A model generated the notes under the pieces. That model saw only the letters and a program-made list of their open reading frames with translations. It had not been told where the DNA came from and did no database searches. Positions 38,671-46,673 of a DNA stretch of 64,000 nucleotides are shown here, one piece after another; the stretch's first letter is position 1; every line of letters starts with the position of its first letter. Location of the stretch: the NCBI RefSeq assembly GCF_044377315.1, contig NZ_JBILJG010000005.1, positions 32,618 through 96,617 of the forward strand, given 5' to 3'. A program made the position numbers and the translations under genes. The DNA is from Flavobacterium sp. (GTDB lineage Bacteria > Bacteroidota > Bacteroidia > Flavobacteriales > Flavobacteriaceae).

Positions 38671-38982
38671 TTTTTTTTTAATTAAAAACGAATTACACAA
38701 ATTTACACGAAGCAAAAATTCTAAAAAAAGATTTTCACAAATTAAAATTACTATCAGCAATTATTTGTGTACTAATAGAAGCTAACAATATGTACTAACT
38801 TCTGAAATTTGTGTCTAAAAATTGTAACTACTTTTATAAAAGCATTGTTAGAGAAAATTCTTTAATGATGCTTTTTCATTTTTATTTGGTTTAATTTTTC
38901 TAATTGTTTTGAATTTTGTTAGGTGTTTACTACCTTTCGCCCTATTATATCGTATAATTATAAACCTTACACATTTAAAAAA

Positions 38983-41031
38983 ATGTCTGAAGAAAAGAAT
39001 GATAACCTGCCTAGTAACGAAAATCTAGCAGATGGAAACCCTGAAAACAATGCTGTAGAAGCAACGACTCCTGAAATGCACGAAGTTGTAGAAACTGAAG
39101 AAACAACTTTAACAGAACAAATTGTCGAACCAGCTCCAAAAGTTGAAGCTACTAAAGAAGATAATATCGCTGAATTGACCGATGAGCAAGTAGCTGACGA
39201 TTCGCTAAAAATAGTTGACAAAAGCATCATTGCTATCAATGAAATAGCTGCAACCAACGCTGCCGAAAGCGAAGATGAAACCATACGTCATGAAATTCCT
39301 ATGGAAGATTATGAAGCCATGTCTATGGAAGCTCTTGTTGATACACTTGAAAAAATCGCTGAAAACGAGAAGGTGATGGCTGTAAAAGAGCACGTTGAAG
39401 AAATAAAAAAATCATTTTTGGCAAAATACCATCATTTTATTGATGAGAAAAAGGAAGAATTTAATGCCGAAAATCCAGATACAACTGAGGATTTTGAATA
39501 TCATTTTCCACTAAAAACTAAGTTTGACCAAATATATTCTCATTACAGAGATAGAAAAAATAAACATTACAAAAGTTTACAATCTAATCTTGAAGCCAAC
39601 CTTCAAAATCGATTGGTGCTTGTTGAAGAATTGAAAAACTTAGTCACAAATCCAGGAAATATTACTAATTCGCTTAAACAGCTAAACGACATTAGAGATC
39701 GTTGGAAAAATGCTGGCTCAATTCCTAAAGATAAATACAACCACGTTTGGAATAATTACCATTTTCATATGGAGAATTTCTATGACTTTCTTCACTTAGA
39801 CAGAGAAGCTAGAGATATTGATTTCAAACATAATTTGGAACAAAAACAAAAAATTATTGCTCGTGTTGAAGAGTTAACACAAATGGAAGACGTGAACAAA
39901 GCCTTCCGTGAATTGCAAGATTTACACAAAATTTGGAAAGAAGAAATCGGTCCTGTTTCGAGAGAACACCGTGAGGAAATTTGGAATAAATTCAGCGAAT
40001 TGACCAAAATTATGCACGACAAGCGCGAACTTATTTTCGAAAAATTGCGTGCTGGTGAAACTGAAAATTTAGAGAAAAAGAAAGCCATTATTGCCCAAAT
40101 TGAAGTTTTAGCTACCGAAAAAGTAAATTCTCATGCACTTTGGGCAGCTCAAGTGGCAAAAGTAGAAGCGTTGCGCAACGAATTTTTCTCAACAGGAAAA
40201 GTTCCTAGCGAAGTAAACGAAGAAACTTGGTCGACATTCAAAACGGCGGTTCGTAATTTTAATACGCTTAAAAATTCTTTTTACAAAGACATTAAAAAAG
40301 ATCAAACTGATAATTTGACCAAAAAACAAGCCTTAGTTACCAAAGCAGTTGAATTGCAAAACAGTACAGATTTTGCCGCAACTACGCCAATTATGAAACA
40401 AATTCAGGATGAATGGAAAACTATTGGTCATGTGCCAAGAAAATTCTCTGATAAAATTTGGGCTGAATTTAGAACGGCTTGCAATCATTATTTTGACAAA
40501 TTAAAAGAAAACAAAACTGAAGAAAACACAGAAGAAGTTGAAGCATTCGAAAAGAAAAAAGAATACCTTGAAACTTTGCGTGCTTTTGAAATGACAGGCG
40601 ATCACAAAACAGATTTAGATGCTATCAAAGCACATATCGAAAATTGGAAAGGCTTTGGTAAAGTTCCTTTTGGCAGAAGACATATCGAAGGAAAATTCAA
40701 TAAAATATTAGATGTTTTATTCGAAAAATTAAGCTTGAGCAAAAAAGAAACCGACATGATGCGTTTCAACAATCGTATCGAGCAATTAGCTGGTTCTGAC
40801 GATTCGAGAAAATTAGAAAACGAAAAAGTTTTCTTAATGCGTAAAATTGACGAAGTGCAGAGCGAAATTTTCCAATTGGAAAACAACATTCAGTTTTTTA
40901 CCAATACAAAAAATGCCAAAAAAGAAAATTCAATTGTGTTAGAAGTACGTAAAAACATCGCAAAACACAAAGAAGAATTAGCGGTTTTAAAAGACAAATT
41001 AAAACAACTTCGCAATCTAAAAGCAGAATAG
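38983..41031 (+). CDS. DUF349 repeat protein
   Basis: The ATG at 38983 (MSEEKNDN) is preferred over the GTG at 38923. An acidic N-terminal region is followed by five ~75-aa repeats of the W..xG.vP....e..W..F......F type (DRWKNAGSIPKDKYNHVWNNY; KIWKEEIGPVSREHREEIWNKF; DEWKTIGHVPRKFSDKIWAEF, and others). Confidence 0.85.
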   Translation: MSEEKNDNLPSNENLADGNPENNAVEATTPEMHEVVETEETTLTEQIVEPAPKVEATKEDNIAELTDEQVADDSLKIVDKSIIAINEIAATNAAESEDETIRHEIPMEDYEAMSMEALVDTLEKIAENEKVMAVKEHVEEIKKSFLAKYHHFIDEKKEEFNAENPDTTEDFEYHFPLKTKFDQIYSHYRDRKNKHYKSLQSNLEANLQNRLVLVEELKNLVTNPGNITNSLKQLNDIRDRWKNAGSIPKDKYNHVWNNYHFHMENFYDFLHLDREARDIDFKHNLEQKQKIIARVEELTQMEDVNKAFRELQDLHKIWKEEIGPVSREHREEIWNKFSELTKIMHDKRELIFEKLRAGETENLEKKKAIIAQIEVLATEKVNSHALWAAQVAKVEALRNEFFSTGKVPSEVNEETWSTFKTAVRNFNTLKNSFYKDIKKDQTDNLTKKQALVTKAVELQNSTDFAATTPIMKQIQDEWKTIGHVPRKFSDKIWAEFRTACNHYFDKLKENKTEENTEEVEAFEKKKEYLETLRAFEMTGDHKTDLDAIKAHIENWKGFGKVPFGRRHIEGKFNKILDVLFEKLSLSKKETDMMRFNNRIEQLAGSDDSRKLENEKVFLMRKIDEVQSEIFQLENNIQFFTNTKNAKKENSIVLEVRKNIAKHKEELAVLKDKLKQLRNLKAE

Positions 41032-41054
41032 TTTTTTCTTTAAAATAATTCAGA

Positions 41055-41086
41055 AACCTCGAACGTATAGACTTCGGGGTTTTTTG
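41055..41086 (+). terminator. Intrinsic terminator of the DUF349 gene
   Basis: AACCTCGAA-CGTATAGAC-TTCGGGGTT followed by T6. Confidence 0.75.
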
Positions 41087-41190
41087 TTAGATGTTAGATG
41101 ATGGGTGTTGGATGTTAAATTATAGAAATCTACTTTCTGCAATCTAAACCAAAACTTCGTACCTCGTATTTCTAAACTCGAACCTTCACA

Positions 41191-41202
41191 TGATATTTAT
41201 CA
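41191..41202. promoter_or_regulatory. Candidate FNR/CRP-family binding site (TGAT-N4-ATCA) upstream of hemN
   Basis: aTGATatttATCAt is centred about 41 nt upstream of the transcription start inferred from the TAAGTTTG box. Confidence 0.35.
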
Positions 41203-41225
41203 TTTTTTATTCAAATTGATAAAAT

Positions 41226-41233
41226 TAAGTTTG
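41226..41233 (+). promoter_or_regulatory. -7 promoter box (TAAGTTTG) for hemN
   Basis: Matches TAnnTTTG, 21 nt upstream of the ATG. Confidence 0.5.
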
Positions 41234-41254
41234 TACCTTAAAAGATAGTATTTC

Positions 41255-42619
41255 ATGTCCGTCTCCTTAATACAAAAATATAATGTTCCTGGTCCACGAT
41301 ACACAAGCTACCCTACTGTTCCTTACTGGAATGAAAATTTATTTTCTCTAGAAAACTGGAAAAAAACACTTAAAAACTCTTTTTACGAAAGCAATACTAC
41401 CGAAGGCATCAGCGTTTACATACATTTGCCTTTTTGCGAAAGCCTTTGTACATTTTGCGGCTGTAACAAACGCATCACCAAACGTCACGAAGTAGAAAAT
41501 CCTTATATTGAGGCAATTCTAAAAGAATGGAAATTATACTGCGATTTGCTTTCAGAACAACCTACTATTAAAGAAATTCATTTGGGCGGCGGCACACCCA
41601 CTTTTTTTTCACAAAAAAATTTGACTACACTTATCAATGGTATTTTTAAAAGAGCCAAAAAAGCACGTAATCACGAGTTTAGTTTTGAAGGCCATCCAAA
41701 TAATACAACTAGAGGACATTTACAAACTTTATATGACTTGGGATTTAGACGCGTAAGTTTTGGTGTTCAAGATTACTCAAGCAAAGTGCAGCAATCCATA
41801 AATCGTGTCCAACCGTTTCATAATGTAGCGAAAGTTACGTTTTGGGCAAAAGAAATTGGTTATACTTCTATTGGGCACGATTTAATTTTTGGTTTACCGT
41901 TCCAAACGCTTGAAGACGTTATGGATACTATTGATAAAACCAACTCTCTACAACCCGATCGCTTGGCGTTTTACAGTTATGCACATGTGCCATGGATAAA
42001 AGGCAACGGACAACGCGGTTTTAACGATGAAGATTTACCAATAGATGATGAAAAGCGTAAACTATACGAAGAAGGCAAAAAATTACTGAGTCAAAACGGT
42101 TACCATGAAATTGGAATGGATCATTTTGCACTTGCGAGTGACAGTATGTACCAATCTTTTTTAGATGAAAAACTGCACCGTAATTTTATGGGCTATACTT
42201 CGTCTAAAACGCAGGTTATGATTGGTTTGGGCGTTTCTTCTATTAGTGATAGTTGGTATAGTTTTGCACAAAATGTAAAAACAGTCGAAGAATACTACGC
42301 CAAATTGGAGCAAAACGAACTACCTGTTTACAGAGGACATTTGCTAACCAACGAAGATTTGATTATACGCAAACACATATTGAACCTAATGTGTCAATTT
42401 ACCACTTCTTGGGAAGACAAAGAATTGTATTTTAATGAGTTGCCCTACATTATCCACCAGTTAAACGAAATGGAACACGACGGTTTGGTAAAAATAAGTA
42501 GCACTAGTATAACCGTAACCGAAAAAGGAAAACCCTTTGTACGCAACCTATGCATGGCATTTGACCTACGACTAAAACGTAAAGCACCCCAAACACAATT
42601 GTTCTCAATGACGGTTTAG
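41255..42619 (+). CDS. hemN: Oxygen-independent coproporphyrinogen III oxidase
   Basis: 454 aa with YNVPGPRYTSYPT at the N-terminus, the radical-SAM motif CESLCTFCGC, and GGGTPT. Confidence 0.92.
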   Translation: MSVSLIQKYNVPGPRYTSYPTVPYWNENLFSLENWKKTLKNSFYESNTTEGISVYIHLPFCESLCTFCGCNKRITKRHEVENPYIEAILKEWKLYCDLLSEQPTIKEIHLGGGTPTFFSQKNLTTLINGIFKRAKKARNHEFSFEGHPNNTTRGHLQTLYDLGFRRVSFGVQDYSSKVQQSINRVQPFHNVAKVTFWAKEIGYTSIGHDLIFGLPFQTLEDVMDTIDKTNSLQPDRLAFYSYAHVPWIKGNGQRGFNDEDLPIDDEKRKLYEEGKKLLSQNGYHEIGMDHFALASDSMYQSFLDEKLHRNFMGYTSSKTQVMIGLGVSSISDSWYSFAQNVKTVEEYYAKLEQNELPVYRGHLLTNEDLIIRKHILNLMCQFTTSWEDKELYFNELPYIIHQLNEMEHDGLVKISSTSITVTEKGKPFVRNLCMAFDLRLKRKAPQTQLFSMTV

Positions 42620-42698
42620 AATTCTGTCTTATCAAAACTTCGTAAAACCTTGTGCCACAAAAATCGTTACACAAAGCTTCACAAAGCAATTGAAAACT

Positions 42699-45551
42699 TT
42701 ATTTACTCAAATACATTTTTCTTCTGCTGTATAATTCGTAGAATTGATCATCTTTTAAATCATCAATAAACAAAATACTTTCTCCTGTTGATTTCATTTC
42801 TGGTCCGAGTGCTTTATTTACATCTTTAAATTTACTAAAAGAGAAAACGGGTTGCTTAATAGCATAACCTTTCAACTGAGGATTGAACGTAAAATCGGTT
42901 ACTTTATTTTCGCCCAACATTACTTTGGTTGCGTAATTTACATAAGGTTCGCCATACGCTTTTGCAATAAACGGAACCGTTCTTGATGCTCTTGGATTGG
43001 CTTCGATGATGTAAACCGTATCATCTTTTATGGCAAATTGAATGTTGATTAAACCAACAGTTCGTAATGCCAAAGCAATCTTTTTAGTATGATCTTTTAT
43101 TTGTTGCATCACAAATTCACCTAAATTAAACGGTGGCAAAGTCGCATTAGAATCACCTGAATGAATGCCGCAAGGTTCGATGTGTTCCATAATTCCGATG
43201 ATGTACACATTTTCTCCATCACAAATAGCATCAGCTTCTGCTTCAATTGCGCCATCCAAATAATGGTCTAAAAGCAATTTATTTCCTGGAATCGATTTTA
43301 ATAAATCAATTACGTGTTCTTCTAATTCTTGTTTGTTGATGACAATTTTCATTCCTTGTCCACCCAAAACATACGATGGGCGAACTAATAACGGAAAGTC
43401 TAAACTATCAGCCAATTTAGAAGCTTCATCAGCACTTTCAGCAATTCCAAACTTTGGAAACGGAATGTTCAATTCGGTTAACAATTCAGAAAAACGTCCT
43501 CTATCTTCGGCTAAATCTAGAGCATCGAATGAAGTTCCAAGAATTTTAATTCCATATTTAGATAATTTCTCTGCTAGTTTTAAAGCCGTTTGTCCACCAA
43601 GTTGTACAATTACACCTTCTGGTTTTTCGTGGCGAATGATGTCGTAAATGTGTTCCCAAAAAACGGGTTCGAAATACAATTTATCAGCGGTATCAAAATC
43701 GGTTGAAACAGTTTCTGGATTACAGTTTATCATGATGGTTTCATAACCACATTCTTTTGCTGCTAATACTCCATGAACACAAGAATAGTCAAACTCAATT
43801 CCTTGCCCAATTCTATTTGGTCCAGAACCTAAAACTACCACTTTCTTCTTATCAGTTACAATGCTTTCGTTTTGAACGTATCTTTCTCCGTTTGCTGTTT
43901 GAATTTCAGCTTCAAAAGTCGAGTAATAATAAGGTGTTTTTGCTTTAAATTCGGCAGCACATGTATCCACCAATTTATAAACACGTTTTATGTTCATTTC
44001 ATCACGCAATTTATAAACCTGACTTTCCAAACAACCCAACATGTGAGCAATTTGTCTATCGCCGTATCCTTTTTGCTTTGCTTCGAGTAATAACTCTTTT
44101 GGCAAAGCATCAATTTTGTAGTTTGTAATTTCTCTTTCCAACGAATACAATTCTTCGTATTGTTTCAAAAACCACATATCGATTTTAGTAATTTCGTGAA
44201 TTCTACTCAACGGAATTCCCATGGCAATGGCATCGTAAATTACAAAAACTCTATCCCAACTTGCGAAAGTTAATTTCTCGATAATTTGCTCGTAGTTTTT
44301 ATAGCCTTTTCCGTCTGCTCCAAGTCCGTTTCTTTTAATTTCGAGCGATTGCGTTGCTTTGTGGAGCGCTTCTTGAAACGAACGACCAATTCCCATTACT
44401 TCTCCAACCGATTTCATTTGAAGTCCCAAAGTTCTGTCGGCACCTTCAAATTTGTCGAAATTCCAACGTGGTATTTTTACTATTACATAATCTAAAGTTG
44501 GTTCGAATAACGCCGAAGTTGATTTGGTAATTTGGTTTTGAAGTTCATCTAAGTTATAACCTAATGCTAATTTTGAAGCAATTTTTGCAATTGGATAACC
44601 TGTAGCTTTTGACGCTAATGCAGATGAACGCGAAACTCTCGGGTTGATTTCGATTGCAACAATGTCTTCTTTTTCGTCGGGCGAAACGGCGAATTGTACG
44701 TTACAACCTCCAGCGAAATTTCCTATGGAACGCATCATTAAAATGGCATAATCACGCATTTTTTGAAAAGTTGTGTCCGACAAAGTCATTGCTGGTGCAA
44801 CCGTAATTGAATCACCTGTATGAATTCCCATAGGATCCATGTTTTCAATCGAACAGATGATTACTACATTATCGTTTTTATCGCGTAGAAGTTCTAATTC
44901 ATATTCTTTCCAACCCATTAATGCCTTGTCAATCAAAACTTCATGAATAGGTGACATTTCTAAACCATAAGTTAACTTCTCGGCAAAATCTTCTTTTTTA
45001 TATACAATTGCTGCTCCAGTTCCACCAAGTGTAAACGATGGTCGAATTACTAATGGAAAACCAAATTCTTGTGCAATTTCTTTACCTCTCAAAAACGAAG
45101 TACAGATTTCTGCAGGCGCAGATGGAACATTTATCTTCTTTAAAAGTTGTTTAAATTGTTCTCTATCTTCAGTAATGTTGATGGCATTAACATCAACTCC
45201 AATCATTTTTACATTAAAGTCTTGCCAAATTCCTTTTTCGTCGGCTTCTAGGCAAAGATTTAAAGCTGTCTGCCCACCCATTGTTGGAAGAACAGCATCA
45301 ATTTGAGGATGTTCTTTTAGAATTTGGATAATTGATTTGGTTGTTAATGGCAATAAATAAACATGATCCGCCATACTTGGGTCGGTCATAATAGTTGCCG
45401 GATTGGAATTGATAAGGATTACTTCAATTCCTTCTTCACGAATAGAACGCGCTGATTGTGAACCTGCGTAGTCAAATTCACAAGCTTGTCCAATAACGAT
45501 TGGACCTGAACCAATAATTAAAACCGATTTGATTGAATTGTCTTTTGGCAT
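42699..45551 (-). CDS. carB: Carbamoyl-phosphate synthase large subunit (short form lacking the C-terminal MGS-like allosteric domain)
   Basis: 950 aa with two ATP-grasp halves (IIGSGPIVIGQACEFDYAGSQ.. and VLGSGPNRIGQGIEFDYSCVH..). It ends 32 aa after the second GPEMKSTGE motif. Confidence 0.96.
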   Translation of the reverse strand: MPKDNSIKSVLIIGSGPIVIGQACEFDYAGSQSARSIREEGIEVILINSNPATIMTDPSMADHVYLLPLTTKSIIQILKEHPQIDAVLPTMGGQTALNLCLEADEKGIWQDFNVKMIGVDVNAINITEDREQFKQLLKKINVPSAPAEICTSFLRGKEIAQEFGFPLVIRPSFTLGGTGAAIVYKKEDFAEKLTYGLEMSPIHEVLIDKALMGWKEYELELLRDKNDNVVIICSIENMDPMGIHTGDSITVAPAMTLSDTTFQKMRDYAILMMRSIGNFAGGCNVQFAVSPDEKEDIVAIEINPRVSRSSALASKATGYPIAKIASKLALGYNLDELQNQITKSTSALFEPTLDYVIVKIPRWNFDKFEGADRTLGLQMKSVGEVMGIGRSFQEALHKATQSLEIKRNGLGADGKGYKNYEQIIEKLTFASWDRVFVIYDAIAMGIPLSRIHEITKIDMWFLKQYEELYSLEREITNYKIDALPKELLLEAKQKGYGDRQIAHMLGCLESQVYKLRDEMNIKRVYKLVDTCAAEFKAKTPYYYSTFEAEIQTANGERYVQNESIVTDKKKVVVLGSGPNRIGQGIEFDYSCVHGVLAAKECGYETIMINCNPETVSTDFDTADKLYFEPVFWEHIYDIIRHEKPEGVIVQLGGQTALKLAEKLSKYGIKILGTSFDALDLAEDRGRFSELLTELNIPFPKFGIAESADEASKLADSLDFPLLVRPSYVLGGQGMKIVINKQELEEHVIDLLKSIPGNKLLLDHYLDGAIEAEADAICDGENVYIIGIMEHIEPCGIHSGDSNATLPPFNLGEFVMQQIKDHTKKIALALRTVGLINIQFAIKDDTVYIIEANPRASRTVPFIAKAYGEPYVNYATKVMLGENKVTDFTFNPQLKGYAIKQPVFSFSKFKDVNKALGPEMKSTGESILFIDDLKDDQFYELYSRRKMYLSK

Positions 45552-45580
45552 TGTAGTTAGTTTGTTGTTGTGTAAGATAT

Positions 45581-45665
45581 AGCCCTAGCCCTGATAGCAG
45601 TGAAAATCCTTTTTATTTTTTCTTTAAAAATAAAAAGATTATAACGAATAGCAGGAAATAGCTCC
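45581..45665 (+). repeat. Intergenic palindromic element, copy D
   Basis: AGCCCT-AGCCCTGATAGCAGTGAAAATCC - perfect 12-bp hairpin CTTTTTATTTTT/TCTTT/AAAAATAAAAAG - ATTATAACGAATAGCAGGAAATAGCTCC. It lies between the rpmH terminator and the carB start. Confidence 0.8.
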
Positions 45666-45695
45666 TAAAACTTATTAAAATTTATAAACAGATTT

Positions 45696-45730
45696 AAAAA
45701 AAAGCCGCTACTAATAAAAGTAACGGCTTT
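45696..45730 (-). terminator. Intrinsic terminator of rpmH
   Basis: The minus strand reads AAGCCGTTAC-TTTTATTA-GTAGCGGCTT followed by T8. Confidence 0.8.
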
Positions 45731-45751
45731 ATATTGATTAATTGTTAATCA

Positions 45752-45913
45752 TTATTTTTTGTGTCTTGGTTCAGAAGATACAGTTAACTTATGTCTTCCT
45801 TTAGCTCTACGACGCGCAAGGACTTTTCTTCCATTTGCAGAAGCCATTCTGTCCATAAATCCGTGCTTATTTCTTCTTTTTCTTTTCGATGGTTGAAACG
45901 TTCTTTTGCTCAT
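45752..45913 (-). CDS. rpmH: 50S ribosomal protein L34
   Basis: This gene is absent from the ORF track because it is under 60 aa. The minus strand encodes [53 protein letters not shown] (53 aa), the canonical L34 sequence. Confidence 0.92.
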
Positions 45914-45987
45914 TGCTAATTATCTTTAAAAATCTTGATTTATTTTGTACTTATAGTTTACAAAGACTGTCTTTGTAAAACCGAGTG

Positions 45988-45995
45988 CAAATATA
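45988..45995 (-). promoter_or_regulatory. -7 promoter box (TATATTTG) for rpmH
   Basis: The minus strand reads TATATTTG, 75 nt upstream of the rpmH ATG. Confidence 0.5.
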
Positions 45996-46051
45996 CAAAG
46001 TCTTTTTTTTCTGGCAAGTAGTTTTTTAAAAATATTTTAAAATCCTTTTAC

Positions 46052-46059
46052 TATCTTTG
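46052..46059 (+). promoter_or_regulatory. -7 promoter box (TATCTTTG) for the 46082 gene
   Basis: Matches TAnnTTTG, 22 nt upstream of the ATG. Confidence 0.5.
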
Positions 46060-46081
46060 CAATCAAATAAAAACACCTATT

Positions 46082-46597
46082 ATGTTTCACAGAAATATCA
46101 AACTAATTATTGCTGGACTTATTATAATTGCTGGCATTTGGCAAATGACGGAAGGTTATATTGGCAATGGAATTTTCCTTATTATATTGTCGGCTCTTCC
46201 TATTTTTCTTTACTTTAAAAACGAATTTATCCTTTTGGCTTTCCTAAAATTGAGAAAACAGGATTTTCCTGGCGCTCAAAAATGGCTAACTTACATCAAA
46301 AATCCGGAAACGGCATTGGTACAAAAACAACAAGGTTATTTTAATTACTTACACGGAATTATGTTATCGCAAACAAATTTGACACAATCGGAGAAATATT
46401 TCAAAAAAGCGATTGAGTTGGGTTTGAATATGGATATGGACTTAGCTGTAGCAAAATTAAATTTGGCTGGATTGGCAATGACTAGAAGAAGAAAATTGGA
46501 AGCTACCAACCTTATTAATGAAGTAAAAAAGCTAGATAAACAAAATATGTTGGCTGATCAGGTAAAGATGATGAAAGAGCAATTGAAGAAGATTTAA
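46082..46597 (+). CDS. Membrane protein with a TPR-like C-terminal region (function unknown)
   Basis: 171 aa with two N-terminal TM helices followed by helical repeats (..KYFKKAIELGLNMDMDLAVAKLNLAGLAM..). Confidence 0.5.
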   Translation: MFHRNIKLIIAGLIIIAGIWQMTEGYIGNGIFLIILSALPIFLYFKNEFILLAFLKLRKQDFPGAQKWLTYIKNPETALVQKQQGYFNYLHGIMLSQTNLTQSEKYFKKAIELGLNMDMDLAVAKLNLAGLAMTRRRKLEATNLINEVKKLDKQNMLADQVKMMKEQLKKI

Positions 46598-46623
46598 TTG
46601 TTTTGTAGCATATTTTAAAAAAT

Positions 46624-46653
46624 AAAAAAAGTTCGCGATTGCGAACTTTTTTT
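46624..46653. terminator. Bidirectional intrinsic terminator
   Basis: A7, then AGTTCGC-GATT-GCGAACT, then T7, between convergent genes. Confidence 0.8.
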
Positions 46654-46673
46654 ATTTTTATACCACTTGAATA

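Noticed and set aside
41087-41125. GTTAGAT/GTTGGAT/GTTAAAT heptamer cluster after the DUF349 terminator
   Set aside because: It is a short, imperfect low-complexity word run of the kind common in these AT-rich spacers. It has no symmetry or conserved partner in the window, so there is not enough to call a site.
42504-42689. 61-aa minus-strand ORF (..LCEALCNDFCGTRFYEV..) across the hemN 3' end and the hemN/carB spacer
   Set aside because: It overlaps the hemN C-terminus antisense. The Cys-rich look comes from CACAAAG-type word repeats in the spacer.
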